Below are positions 11,901 through 24,172 of a stretch of DNA of 64,000 nt, in pieces. The notes under the pieces were generated by a model, which was given only the letters and a program-made list of their open reading frames with translations, made no database searches and was not told where the DNA came from. How positions within the stretch are numbered: the stretch's first letter is position 1; each line of letters starts with the position of its first letter. A program made the position numbers and the translations under genes. Source of the stretch: Rhizaria sp. SCN 62-66 (lineage: Eukaryota); the NCBI GenBank assembly GCA_001724265.1, contig MEDY01000130.1, positions 1 to 64,000 on the forward strand, in the 5' to 3' direction.

Positions 11901-14173
11901 ATGAACACGGGGAGATTGCTGGGCGAGACGAAGTAGCCACCGAAAACAACGAAAAGACTGGTGCTGGGTCCGGCGATCGAGTGCGCCGCGGCCTCGGAGC
12001 CCGTGGCAGCGGAGATAAGCCGGAACCAGATGCCGATCATCACTGTGCAGATGTAGACCATGGCGAAGAACGTGAAGAACGCGCCTGCTTCGGCGGCAGC
12101 GCCGGACATGAAGTAGAACATCGACATGACCGAGGTTTCAAGAAAGACTGTGGGCATACCACACACGGCGGCCGCCATGACGTACATGTAGCTGGGATAA
12201 AAGCTCGCACTCGAATGTTTGGCGATGATCACGTTGGCCTCAACTGAGGACGCGAGCTCAGACATCGACCCGAAGCCGATCTCGCTCTGCGCAATCAGCA
12301 GCGAAGACACACGCAGCCGGTAGCTGTCGCGCGGGACCTGCCAGTAAAGCGAGCCAAATATGAGTCCCATGACAACAGACTGCACTAGACGCGGGATCTG
12401 GATGGCTTTGTTGCGCACCAGGTTGAGCCACTGGCGCCGCAGGATGATGCTGAAAAGGCTCGTCCACGCCAGTGTGTACCCCGTCTTGTACATCGCGCGC
12501 GTTTCGGGGGACGGCATCAGCGCCTCGAGCGCCAGCGGGGCCGCTGTCGCGCTCACGCTCTCGCTCACACTCATTGGGTTGTCGGGAACCGTGTCGTCGG
12601 CAGCGACCGCGCCTGCGACCTTCTTGGCTGCGGCGACGTCACACTCCGCATCAGCACCATCAACAGGAGCAGGAGCAGCGGTCTCGCCAAGAGTGCCGCC
12701 GAGCTTGTGCTTGCGGTCCATCTCGTCGCTTGCGCGCAGCACGGCGTTCAGATGCGCACGCATGCGGCGCGCCATAGGTGAGGCCTCGAAATGCGCCACC
12801 ATCTGCGCCGTCGTCACACAGGGCGCCTCCGCACGCCGCAAGAAGTTATCACTCTCCTTCTCAGAGCTGCTCGGTGACACAGGGGACGCCGGGGAAAAGG
12901 GCGAGACCGGCGCGTCGGGCTCGGGGGTGGAGAGCTCCCACCGCTCGATCTGCGGCTGCGGCGGAGGCGCGGGGCGGCCCGCGGCGGCGTCAGCGCGCGC
13001 GGCGGCCTGCGCGGCAAGACGCGCGTTGTGCTGCAAGCGCTCGAGCGCGACGCGCGGCTGGGAGAGACAGTCGATGACGAAATCGCAGATGTCGACGTCG
13101 TCGGGACACGCGAAGCCCATCGACGCAAAGAAGGCCTCTAAGTCTGCGCGCGGGCCGTGGTATGCGACGCGGCCTTCGCGCATCACGATGACGTCATCGA
13201 ATAGTGCGAGCAAACCGGGCGTCGGCTGCTGCAGCGAAGTCACCATGAGCGAGCCCGTCTCGCGGCAGCACTGGCGCAGACCGCGCGTGATGTCTTCCGC
13301 CGTGGCGGTGTCGAGACCGTTGGTGTACTCGTCGAGGAACAGCGCGCAGGCGTCACCGACGAGCATTTCGCCCAGTGTCACACGGCGCTTCTGACCACCT
13401 GACACACCGCGCACGACCGCGGAGCCGATGATCGTATCGCGGCACTCGTTGAGCCCTAAAAGCGCGATCACGCCTTCGACACGCGCGGGATCGAAGCGGG
13501 CAGCTGAGACCCGGTGCGCGAACTCAAGCGTCTCGGTGACCGTGAGCAACGGCAAGTGCTCGTCGATTTGATCACAGTACTGTGTGAGGCGGCGCACGTT
13601 GCAGCCCTCGCGCGCGGCGGCGTCTGCGGAACGTCCGTTGTAGCGGATGTCGCCCTGTGTCGTCTCTAGGCGCGATGAGAGCACCTTGAGCAGCGACGAC
13701 TTGCCGTGGCCGGGGGGCGCGAGAATAAGAGTCATCGTGCCGGGGCGCAGCACGCCGGACACGGCCTCAAGGCGGTGGAAGTCGCGCCGGCGCATGCTGC
13801 GGCCGCAGGTGCCGATGGCGGCCGCGGCGGCCAGCAACGGACCGATGACTGTGGGGACCGTGGGTTCCGCCTCGGGCACGCGTACGCTCAAGTACAGGTC
13901 GTTATAAGCAATGGTGAGTTGCGTGCGGGCGAATTCGCCAGCCTGGGAGATGCGAAGGTCCAGCGGCGCGGCGGCGGCGTCTTTGGAGGCCGACTTGGCC
14001 GCGCTAGAGGCGGCTGCGGTGCTGTCGACGGCTGCACTGCTCGAAGGCAACAACTGTAGGGCCGCCGTGGAAGACGCCCCGGGACTCGCCAGAGGGAACG
14101 CACCAAGGGGAATCATTTCAATTCCGTCAGTACCGTCCCTCGGCTGACTGTTGCCGTGAGTGTCGGACGACAT
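8936..14173 (-). CDS. Full-size ABCG / pleiotropic drug resistance (PDR) transporter, NBD-TMD-NBD-TMD
   Basis: NBD1 APPGHGKSS, GVSGGQKRRVT, FLDEYTNGLD; NBD2 GASGAGKTT, degenerate signature LSPSQLKRVNIG, FLDEPTTGLD, CTIHQPS; two multi-TM blocks. First ATG at 14173; ends TGA. Confidence 0.96.
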   Translation of the reverse strand: MSSDTHGNSQPRDGTDGIEMIPLGAFPLASPGASSTAALQLLPSSSAAVDSTAAASSAAKSASKDAAAAPLDLRISQAGEFARTQLTIAYNDLYLSVRVPEAEPTVPTVIGPLLAAAAAIGTCGRSMRRRDFHRLEAVSGVLRPGTMTLILAPPGHGKSSLLKVLSSRLETTQGDIRYNGRSADAAAREGCNVRRLTQYCDQIDEHLPLLTVTETLEFAHRVSAARFDPARVEGVIALLGLNECRDTIIGSAVVRGVSGGQKRRVTLGEMLVGDACALFLDEYTNGLDTATAEDITRGLRQCCRETGSLMVTSLQQPTPGLLALFDDVIVMREGRVAYHGPRADLEAFFASMGFACPDDVDICDFVIDCLSQPRVALERLQHNARLAAQAAARADAAAGRPAPPPQPQIERWELSTPEPDAPVSPFSPASPVSPSSSEKESDNFLRRAEAPCVTTAQMVAHFEASPMARRMRAHLNAVLRASDEMDRKHKLGGTLGETAAPAPVDGADAECDVAAAKKVAGAVAADDTVPDNPMSVSESVSATAAPLALEALMPSPETRAMYKTGYTLAWTSLFSIILRRQWLNLVRNKAIQIPRLVQSVVMGLIFGSLYWQVPRDSYRLRVSSLLIAQSEIGFGSMSELASSVEANVIIAKHSSASFYPSYMYVMAAAVCGMPTVFLETSVMSMFYFMSGAAAEAGAFFTFFAMVYICTVMIGIWFRLISAATGSEAAAHSIAGPSTSLFVVFGGYFVSPSNLPVFMRWLMYLSPYFWSVRALVNNEFLTSAYRVIAEEGIPLGDLYLRAIDMEAGREYIGYAFLYVIGFAIFCMIMHSWLLYQPNFESSRGTTRFDDEAEMLDNDTDKVIAAHDDAHADDPGLGSPLPPGITYREAAEAELSVSRVTGVPAFLTAPRAAAADDDAHSQDLATGGNTLHTLREAVPFSPTWLTFSDVHYTVRVPGPAGGAMVDRPLLRGVNGYAEPGRLTALMGASGAGKTTLLDVLAGRKNTGVVEGKILLNGRVPSRADVARVTGYVEQFDSLFGTDTVRETLAFAAHLRLPASVSNEIKERIVDEVLDILDLTPIQHRVLGSASSPSLSPSQLKRVNIGCELVANPAVLFLDEPTTGLDSRAAQTVMRVVRRIARSGRAVICTIHQPSAELFYLFDRLVLLASGGYQVFFGDLGTRSRRFVRYMQAAPGVSPIPPRYNPASWMLEQLGVGVAALKTADAGDAAPVEDQKAIMARFVQHYARSSVRAAARAKIEAIEAIGLRAEAEARAQAEAAAAGTVPAAAASAATDTQGDLDAAAEDGDVHTPLALPAPAPAAVPSPVALPEGVAARTPSLAAAAAPALRLAELELTVAPASTSARAPAPVVSMPAGTGSGAARSTALGAHGGGHSHSGGGKRGQSALLGARRRGESDAGSDADSDADSVRGARTESLSQLSHVSAPLPLVLASSTEAADRVSVPRQMLVVMARAWRGYWRNPPMLVTRTAVVVIQAIILGLIYFRLTVDTQAAATSYVAAIAVSVVFNSITHGASAFPGKISSKPVFYRETSSGMYVPALWFLADLVCDVVWCAWGAICLQIPLYFLVGMNLDADAFFKFFFATYLYALSFVATATTVATIVPNAPTGNVLLGAFYSLCFSFTGISIPFPTIPRGWVWFFRMLPCGHLSEALVMPQFHTCEPLPQCTRLIDVVEGVDTVQRPVAEYVSKYLGFGLFGYWDAIGWAVLYIAVMWIIAFITTSKVRFDKR

Positions 14174-15361
14174 GCCGCTCTGTAAGGCTCGATGCAAACT
14201 GCAATAATGAAAGTTGGAGGTGTGGAAGACGTTAGATTTTAATATAGCATTTTGGCTAAGTTACCGGGGGATTTGCGTGTTATAATTAGAGTTACAAATA
14301 CTTAACAGCACAAAAAACAGTATCAAGTCACGACGTCGTTAAAATGTCGTGTGGTTACGACCCAATGCATCTCCGCAGAAACTGCGACCGTCGACCAGGT
14401 CGAGTTGCGTGGCTGTGCCATGCTCAGGAGCGACGGTCTCACGTCATCCTCTAAATCCCCGGTGTTCTTGCGCGTTATCGTTGCCTATTAAAATGAATTT
14501 GAAATATTATCTACAATATTAAGATAATGGTTCTGAATTATATTAATATTTGGGATTGAAGTGAGTTATGCTTGTTAAGTCTTTCGAAATACTGTTCTAG
14601 CCACAAACGTGTTTTGGTCTGAAAGCATGAACATATCAAGGCGAGTCTCGTGGATACAAGTTTGCGATGAAATAACAAACACATTCTTGTTAAATAAATC
14701 AGTCGATTATTTCTAAAATACTGCGTATAAATCCGGAATGAGCTTGTTATGGCTGTGTACGGCTGCATTATAGTGACATTCAGGTAAATATTTTGCTTAC
14801 ACTTGAAACGCCTTAAGATATATCAACATAGATTGGACTGAAAATAGTTCGTAAACAAAGATACATGTGCGGCGTACTTTATATATACACGGTTGGTATG
14901 CACACTTGCGTTTTGACTGCCCCAATAGGTGATTTATTAAGCTTCCACAGGTGCGCAATTGGGATGTTGCGGGTGATTTAACAGACTATTAAGCTACGCT
15001 ACAAAAAAACTATCACCATACAGTTTATCCAAACACATTGATCACCAAATTGCACCATTTTACGGCAAAGGTAGCAAAAACACATGACTATACTTTTATT
15101 TTCACTATAAAGTTTGCCGCCCGGCTCAGCGGTTGCAGGCCAAGTCCGTTCTCTCAGAGCTCCGAGAGCGAACCGCAGTGCAGTCCATATCGTGCCCAGT
15201 TCACCGTCGTTAGGAGTATGATACGATGTTATTCATATGAATAATGCGCATGTATATAATATTTTCTGCTCATTTAACAACACTTTGTTCTTGTCTCTCT
15301 AGCCCCTTTTCCCTTAAACTGCGATCGCCCGTTCAACGCCCCGACTGTGCGCGACGCTCTC

Positions 15362-18300
15362 ATGTCGTCCCGCAGTAAGGCCGTCGTTTCGGCGACTCTG
15401 GGCAAGCTGGCGCCAACGCCACTGGGCCCGCACTCCCACACCGGCGCGGAACGGCTCCCTATCTCTCGCTGCGCCGTCGCCGAGTCTTCGCAACAGCCCT
15501 GCCCGCCCACCGTCGCGCTCGCACCCGCGCGCGCTTTCTCATCCTCGCCGTCATCCTCCGGCGCCTCTGGCCCGCACCGCGGCCGCTTCCCGACCGCGCC
15601 TACGGGAAAGGTCCCGTCGGGACTCCCGCGCGGCGTTGTGCCCGTTGCAGACCAAGTCCCGCTCGCCGACCGTGACCCAATGGCATTCCTCGACGCGCCG
15701 ATGAGGCTGCTGTCGCGCGCCGCCGACGCTGTCGCGGGCTTCCGCCAGCGCCGTGCCAAACTCAAGCAGTACCCGCGCGGCGCCGACGCCTTCGCCACGC
15801 GCGGCCGCGCTGCGCCGCCGTCGTCGCCGCTGCCGGAGTTCCTGCGCTATCATCAGCAGCAGCAGCAACCACAGTCGTCTCCCGCCGCCGCTGCCGCGGC
15901 GGACACCGTGCTAGCCGTTGCGACCGCCGCCGCCGAGCGCGCTGGCCTGCCCACGACGGCGACCACGCCGTCCGGTCTCCCTGCAGCGCTGGCGGACCCC
16001 CGCGTGCGAGCCGCCGCCGCCGCCGCGGTGGCCGAGGAGTCATTCCGCGCGGACGGGTCCGCCGCTCTGTTCGAGGCGCTGCTGTCCATGACGGTGGCGG
16101 AGGCGCGCGACCCCGACCCCGCGGTGACCAAGCGCGCCACCAAGACGGCCGCGGAGCTGCGGCTGCAGCTGGAGGCGACGGCGCGGGCGGCGGGCGCGTT
16201 GTTGCTGCCGTTGCGTGTGTACACACACGTTGCGGCCCTGCTGCGCGCGGCGGCGACGCCCGAGCTGACACGGGAACTCGCGGGGGTACTCGTGGGTATC
16301 ACGCGTTCCCGCCGCGTCAACCCGCGCATCGTCGCGCGCGCCATCGCAGACGACGTGTTGCCCGTGCTCAACGCCAAGCTCCTCCGCGGATTCGTCGCTG
16401 ATGCGTTCCCCGAGGACGCCGACCCGTTCTGCTCCGACACGGCCGCCTCGGGCCTGTATTTAGTGGGTTTTCTTGCCGCCGAGGGTGGACCGGCGCTGTG
16501 GCGGCGCATCACCACGGTTCCTGCCCACGTTCTCGCGCAACAGCGCGCGCTCGAAGACGCCGCCGCGCGCGCAGCAGCGGCCGCGCGGTCCGAAGAGGAG
16601 GCCGCCGCCGCGACCGCCGCCGCGGCCGCCGCGCAGTCGGATGGGTTCTCGATCGAGGGCGTTGCGACGAGCTTCTTCCACGTCACCGCAGAGGCGCGCA
16701 AGGCTGCGGCGGTCGCGGCGGACAAGCTCTCTGCGCGCATGCGGGGCGGTGGCCGCGGGGCCGCCGGAGAGCCCGCGGAGACTGCTGCCGCCGACGCCGC
16801 GGACACTGCGGGCGCTGCGACAGCGGACGGCAAGCCCGCGCCGGTGACGGATCTGCCGCGCGACGAGAGGGCTGAGGCGCAGCAGCATATGCAGCAGCAA
16901 CAGGAGCAGGCCGCCGCGGCCGCTGCATCGGTTCAGGCTGCTGTGTCCGCACCCGCGCGCCGCGGCCGGTCGCGCGGGCCGATCTCGCGCACTCTAGCGC
17001 TGGTGTGGACCGCCGCGCGGTCTCCGCACCTGGCGTCGACCATGGACGCGTCCCCGCGGCTCGCGCTGGCGACGACGCTGGCCGAGCTGCAGCGCACGAT
17101 GCCGCTTGCTGTGGAGCCGGAGGTAGAGCGCGCGCTGGCAGTGGCGACCGCGGACCTCATGCTTTCGGTCCAGGGACAGATCCAGGCGAGGCTGCGCTCG
17201 CTGCGCAACATGCCAGAGGTTCCCCCCGTCGTGCTCGCCGCCGCCACGCGCGCGCTGGTGATGGCCGCGGACCGCGCGCAATCGGCCAACTACCTTATCT
17301 CAGCTCCGGCAATGCGTGGTGTGGTGACGCGCTACGGCGCCGCGCTCAACGACAAGCTCTCGGCACTGGAGCGGCTGCCCGCGCGGCAGCAGATCGGCAC
17401 CGTCGCGCTCTTGCGCTCGCACTACACGTACACGGCGGCGGAGCTGGCTGTGGCGCTGGAGCGGATGCTCGTGCGGCAGCCAGGCGCGCACGCCGTCACA
17501 GAGCGCGTGATGCCGGCTTTCGCGGCGCTGCTCGAGGCCACGCTTGAAGGGCTGCGCGGCACAGAAGCGCGCGACGCGCTGCGTGCGATGCTGCGGCGAC
17601 ACAAGCTCAAACAGCGCGAGGCGCTCGCGACAGCGCGTGTGTGGGTGCGCCGCGCGCAGCCCGCGGGCGCGATGGAGCCCCGCGAGCGCGCGCGCGCCGC
17701 GGCCAAAACCCGCCGCCGCGAGGCCGCTGTGCGCGCGCGGGCCGCCGAGGAGGCGCGGCTGGCGGAGGCCGTGGAGAGCGCGCGCGAGGCTGCGGACAAC
17801 GCGGCGCTGAAGCGGTTGCGCGCGGAGCTGATGCCCGCGGCGCGCGCTGAGGTTGAGGCCGAGGAGCGCGCGGAGGCGGAGGCGCAGGCAGAGGAAGACG
17901 CGGAGGCCGCGCACAAGAGGGGTAAGGGCGCCAACATCACTGCCGCCGACATCGAGAGCATTAACGCGAATAAGACTGATGATGCTAACGATGCCGAGGC
18001 GACTGGCGTGCTGGGCGCGTTTAAAGCGTCGTTCACGGCCGCGCAGCGCGAGACAGCTCTGGCGGCGCGTGCGGACGCGCTCGTGCAACGGCGGGCCCTC
18101 GTGTCGCTGCTGATGCTGCGGCTGGGCGAGGACGTCACGCCCGCGGCCACCACGGCACGGCGCGCGCGCGAGCTGGGACTGCTGACTCACGCTGAGGAAG
18201 AGCTGCTGACCGCGCTCCACGCCGAAGGCAACGGCTCTGGAACTACTGCTGCTGCTGCCGATTCTACCGATGCCACTTCGGCCACCAACGCTGACACCGA

Positions 18301-18519
18301 CGCTGCCGACTCTGCGGCTCCTGCCGCGACCGCGAATGCTGCTACCACTGCTGCTTCTGCGGCGGCGCCGTCGTTGCTAGAGCGTGCGCGCGCCCTGGGC
18401 GAGACTTACATGCGCACGCGCGCCGCCGCCGCTACAGCTGCGGTGCCGCACCCCGTCCTCGCGGCCGCCGCCGCTGCTGACGCGGCTGCAGAGGCTCACA
18501 GCGGCAACACGAGCACTGA

Positions 18520-18556
<37 letters not shown>

Positions 18557-21500
18557 ACCGCTGCTGCGACGCCCGCGTCCGACCCCGCTGTTGCCGCCGT
18601 TGCCGCGGCCGCGGCTGCGATGGAGTCGGCGACTGGCGGGCTGGCGGCGCAGGAAGGCCGCGACATGCAGCTGGCCGTGCTGCAGCTCATGCTCTCCGAC
18701 GCGGCCTCGGACTCGGTTGCACACGTGCGCCGGACGCAGCAGTCAGACCCCGCGTTGCCACGCGCACTGCCGCCGGGGTACGCTGAGGTCGCCGCGGCCG
18801 ACGCCGAGGGCGCGAATCTGCCCGCCATGTCGGTCTCCGCGGCTATGTACGCGGGCGGCGGCGCCGTCGTGCGCTCGACCCCGCTCGACCCGCGCACGTA
18901 CCTCAAGCTGCGTCTGCTCAACCCGTCGGCCCGCGAGCTCTACTCGATCGCGCGACTGCACCAGGCGCTGTCCATCGCCGCGCGCCGCGAGGCTGAGATT
19001 GCAGACGCCGAGGCCGTTGCCGCCGCCGCTGCGGCCGCCGCGGAGGCCGAAGGCGACGAAGAGGCCGCCGAAATCGCCCGCGCGTCCGCCGGCGCGGCCG
19101 CGCACCGCGGCTGGGGCGACGCCGCCACGCTCGCGCGCGCCGCACTGGACCCTTCGGCGTACGGCGTGCACGTCGGCGGCGCGTCCCGCGGCGCGACGGG
19201 CGAGGCCGTGGAGGAAGACACCGACTTTGTGATCCGGCAGACGCACATGCTGCTGGCGCAGCGCTCGCCAGAGGCTGTGGCGGCCGAGATGGAGGCGCTG
19301 CGCAATAGTGTCGCGCGCCACGCCGCATCTTCGCTTGCGTATATGCTGTTTCACCCCGCGGAGGCGATCCAGGCGCGCGCGCCGCAGCTCGCCAAGTTCC
19401 TCCGTCTCCGCAGCTCTACCGCGCTCGAGGCCGAGCGCTTGGCCGACGAGGCCGAGGCCGCCGAGCTCGCCGCCGCGGAGGCCGCTCAACGCGCGCTGCC
19501 GCGCATCACGGTGTCGACCCCGCTGGGCCACGACCTGCGCGCGCTGCTGCCGCTGTGGGAGCATCTGGTGGCCCCGCGCCGCGGCGCCGCGCTGCCCTCG
19601 CGCGCCGTGACGTTCCTGCTGCGGCAGGCCACCGCGGTTGTGCGCGGCGCTGTGCGTGCGGGCGTCGCGGTGGCGCAGGCCACCGGACGCGCGCGCAAGC
19701 GGCTGCGCAGTGCGCGCGCGCGGCGTGAGGAGCTGGCCGCCGGCGCGGGCCGCGTGAAGCCTGTGTTCGCGATGACTGAGCACGGCTTCGAGGCGGTCGA
19801 CCGGCACCGCGACGACGGGATCCCCGTGATTGAGGCCAAAAGGGCGCTCCCACTCCTCGGCACTGGCGCTGGCGCCGCCGGTGTTGACGTGGCGCAGAGC
19901 GGCGGTCCGGGTGCGGTTGCGGGGCTCATTGGCGAGCACGGTGGCGACGGCCCGGATAACTCGCAGGCACGCGTTTACCCCGAGGCAGAGGTCGCGACTG
20001 CGGAGACCAACGTGCCCGCTGCGACCGTTGTCACTTCGACAAAGCAGACGGTCGTGGCTGAGGGTAACAGCACAGCGGTCATCACCGAGGCCGTCGTCGT
20101 CGAGCTGCCTGCTGCACCCGCTGTGACAACCGCTGCGACCACTGCTGAGACTGCTGCTGAGACGGTTGCTGCGACTGCAGCGGACACCTTCGACGCCGAC
20201 TTCGAGGCTCGGCTGACCGCCTGCCTAGACCCGCCTCTCGTCGGCCTCTCCCGCGCGCTTGTACCGGGCGCGACGGGTGCCGCGGCCGAGCCGCCCACCG
20301 TGCCCACGGCGCACCGCGCGTCGTGGGCGGTGCTGCTGGGCTCGCCCGCCGCGCGCGCCGAGGCCGCCGCGCTGGCTCCCGCCGGCACCGCGGAGACACG
20401 GCACGTCCCGCACGGCAGCGCGGCCGCCGGGCTCGAGTCGGCGCTGTCTGCGCTGTCGATGCCCAGCGCGAGCGCAGAGTCCCGCGCCGCCGCGCGCGCG
20501 CTGGTCGGGATGCTGCGCGACGCACTCTCCGCGCCCACCACTGCGACCACCGCCGCTGCCGATGGCGCGAGCGCTGGCGCTGGCGGCTCTGTTGTGTCAA
20601 GCGCCGCTTGGGCTGCGGAGGTGCAGCGCGCGCAGCGCACCGAGGCCGGGGCTCTGGCGGCGGTTGAAAAGGCCCGCCGCGCCGCTGAGGAAGCCGCCGA
20701 GGCCGAGTACGCTGCGGACGGTGACGACGCGAGCGCTGGCGTCGACGGCACGCCGCTGACCACGACTGCGCGTCTGCAGCAGGAGCAGAATGACGGCGCG
20801 GTGGAGAGTCCCGCGGCTGTGCGCCGTCGCCAGGAAGCGGCCGCGCAGGCGGCGTTTGCGGCGCGGCGCCAGCGCCTCATGCTCAGCATCGTACACGCGC
20901 GCACAAACTCGGCGGCGCGCGGTGGCGCGGCGGCGGGCACGGCGCCGCTGACGGTCGTGCGCGAAGGGGTGGCGATGCTGCTCGCTTCGGAGCGCGCGCG
21001 CGGAGGCGCCGGCGCCAGTGCGGCGGCGCTGTCCGAGCGCGACCGGCGCGAGGCCACTGCGCTGGCGTCTGAGCTCATCAAGGCCGCGCGCGGCCGCGGC
21101 ACCAACGATCTCCAGTCTGCCTCGCCTTCGGCCTCGATCTCGGTGGAAAGCGAGGAAGAGGAAGAAGTGCTGGCGTTGACGCTCGACTACGTGGCCGCGT
21201 TTGTACGCGCGCAGACGGCGGCCAATGGGCTGTTGCAGTACTCCGAGCGCGTGCCGCTGTCTGTTGCTGAGGCGCAGATCGCCGATGCTGCCGGTGACGC
21301 TGCGCGTGACCCGCGCCGTGCGGTGCCGGGCTCGCTCATGGGCGGGGACAGCGCGGCGGTCGCGGCTGCCATTGCCGCAGCTGACGCCAAGGCCGCCGCA
21401 GCAGCTGCTGCTGCAAAGCCGGCCACTGCAGCACAGGCACAGAGCACGGCCTCGGCGGACTCGAAGATCGTGGATGCCGTTGTGGCCGACGCCTCTGCGG

Positions 21501-23863
21501 CCGAGTCTGCGGCCTCCAAGTCTTCCACTGTGACCGCGGAAGCCGCTGGCGTGGTAATCGAGGTCGATGAGACTGCGGCACAGGCAGCGCAGCGGTACGC
21601 CGCGATGGTGTACGACTTCCTCCACGAGACCCCCGCCGCGGTGCGGTTCTACACTGGCGACGACGCACTGGCCAGCGCGTTCCTCCCGCGCTCGGCGTTG
21701 ACGCCCGCCGTGCTGGCGCAGGTCGACGCTGCCGCGGCCACACACGAAGAGGGCTAGCGCGTGGTGCTGGGCGAGCTCGCGCGGCTGCTGCGCGAGCGGC
21801 CGCCGTTCTCCCCCGCGGTGGGCCGCGCACTGCACGCCGTGCGCGTGGTCGGCCACGAGGACCTGTGTCCCGTCACGCGCTGGCCAGAGCTGGGTGGCGC
21901 GCTCGCGGCATCGCTTGATAAGGCCGTCGCGGCGGGCAAGTTCGCTGAGGGCGCCACCAAGGCCGCAGCGGAGCGTGCGCGCATGGAGGAGTCGTCGCTG
22001 CAGCTGGCGCGTTTCCACGCTGCCGACTACTGGCGCCTCATGGTGCTTACTATGGACGGGGTTGCCGACGAGCTGCAGTTTCTCCCGCTCACGCCCGAGG
22101 CCGCGCGCGCCGTGTCGACGTACCTCACGCACTGGCGCGAGCCGGTATTCCACGCCCGCCGCGTGCGCGAGATGGACATGGCCGCCGCGGCAAAGGTTAG
22201 CGGTCGCCCCGCGCCGGGTGCTGCGCAAGACGCACAGCCCGACAGCAAGCTGCGGCTTAGCGCGGCAGTGCGTGCAGACCGCGCCGCTACGGCGGCTGAG
22301 GCGGAGCGCGCGAAGCAGACCGCTAAGGGCCCCGCCCCGCGGCTGCTTGAAGGGCGCGGCGTGACCGCGGCGGGTGAGCAGGCTGACGATGAGGGCGAGG
22401 GCGACGAAGACGACGAGTTTGCGCTCGACCTCGGCGGCGCGTACGGGCCCGACGCTGAGGCAGCTGCGGCTGCGGCAGCGCGCGCGTGCCCGCGGTCAGT
22501 CGACGCCGACGGACGCGTGCGTGTGGGCGGGTTTGCCGTCGCGCACGGCCGCGAGCGCGCTGTGCTGGATGCGATCCGTGAGGACGAAGAGGGCGACGCT
22601 GTCAAGGGCGTTTCGCTTGTGCTGCCGGTGTACCAGGCCAAGGCGTGGGTGCCGCCGTTCGAGTGCGTGCACTGCGCGCTGGCCGCGTTGGGCAACGCCG
22701 TCGCCGCGGCGCCCGGCAATATTACCATCATGACCGCCGCCACGAGCACCGAGTCGATGGAGCGGTACTGGACCGCTCTCAGCGAGCTTGATGCGCACCA
22801 CGCACAGGCTGGCACGTGCACGCGTCCCCGCGGCGCGCGCGTGCGCCTCGTGGGGCCCGACGGAGATCTCTTCCCGCGCGTGCGCTGGAGCTCAGACGCG
22901 CGCGTGCCGCTGTACCCGCTGTTCAAGCCCGCGCTGGCTCTTCCGGAGCCGGGCGCGCGCGACGACGAGGACGAGTTGTGGAGTGACGAGGAGCCGGCGA
23001 AGCTGGGCCCCGGCGCGGGCGTCACCTCGCTGCCACCGCTGCTCCGGCCGTACCCACTTGGCCCTAGCGCCGCGGTGCCGCCGCCGCTCGTGGGCCCCAC
23101 GCCCGCGAACCCGCTGGCGAGTGTGGCTCCGCTCGACGCCGCGTTCCTCCAGGCTGCGATCCGCGCCGCGGACTCGCACACGGCCGCGCAGCCGCCGCTC
23201 ACGCCCACAACCGCCGCCGATGCCGCATCGTCGAGTGCTGCGGTGGGGTCGCAGTCGCTGCTGTTGCAGCGGTTCGGCAAGTTCATGCGGCCGCCCGTGG
23301 TGGCGCAGGCGGACGGCACCGTGCCAGAGCACATGCGCGTCGTTGCGGCGCAGCAGGCGCTGGAGCGCGCAGAGGAGTCGGCTGTCAAGGCCGTACTGCT
23401 GCGGAAGCAGCGCGAGCTGCAGCTGGCTGAGCGCGTGCGCGCAGCGATGACGGCGGGTACGGAGCAGTCCGCGATCGATGAGGCAGTTTCGAAAGCGCTC
23501 GATCGACTTGAGCTGGCGATGGGCGATGCTGATGGCGAAGTGCTGCGTCTCAAGGGCGAGGTTAAATCCGCGCGCGCTACAGGCTCGGTGCCGCTGCTCG
23601 TCGGCAAGCCTCCCACAGCGAAGCCAGCGATGTCACCGCTGGCTAAGATGCGTGAGCAGACAAAGGTCGACATCGCTGCTCGCAGGGAGCTGCTGCGCGC
23701 CGACACCGCCGCCGCCGCTGCCGGGAGTACCGGCGCAGCTGAGCCCGGCAAGGGCCTGTTCGCCGCTATCACCGGTCATAACAAACTCTTGCGCAAGAGC
23801 AATGCGAGCAAGAACAAGGATGGCGATGACAAGTCGCAGTCTAAGGGCAAGCGCCGTTTGTAA
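15362..23863 (+). CDS. Giant Ala-rich hypothetical protein (~2833 aa) with one in-frame TAG at 21755-21757; possible mitochondrial presequence
   Basis: ORFs 15347-21757 and 21761-23863 are in the same frame, separated only by TAG-CGC. There is no AT-rich spacer or intron-like sequence at the junction. N-terminus is Ser/Arg-rich with an ARAFSS motif; final stop TAA. Confidence 0.75.
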
Positions 23864-24172
23864 GGACAGTTGCACTGGGTGACGCAAGCGAGTAAAAGAT
23901 TCGTTATCATTAACGCATCTATTAATCTTTCTGATGTACCTATTTACCTGTTGTATTTAATCATTATTTGTATTATTGACGTGTTTGTTTCTGTGCAACT
24001 GTCATTATTATTTATTCACAGTGTTCCTGTGAACATTGTTAACAAGAAGTCGTCACAGCCATTATGACTGCGACTCTTCCAATAAAATACATCTACTTAG
24101 AGATCGTCCATAACTATACTGGTGTTGTGTCACATATACTTTTAAGTAGTGCGGAGTCTCAACGCAACGTGC

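Noticed and set aside
21755-21900. Pyrrolysine or selenocysteine explanation for the in-frame stops
   Set aside because: Sec uses UGA, not UAG. Pyl is not known in eukaryotes, and neither protein is a methylamine methyltransferase.
21761-23863. Separate GTG-initiated 700-aa gene in a bacterial-style operon
   Set aside because: The sequence is eukaryotic (spliceosomal introns, eukaryote-specific genes), and there is no spacer or ATG at the start. In-frame continuation of the upstream gene is more parsimonious.
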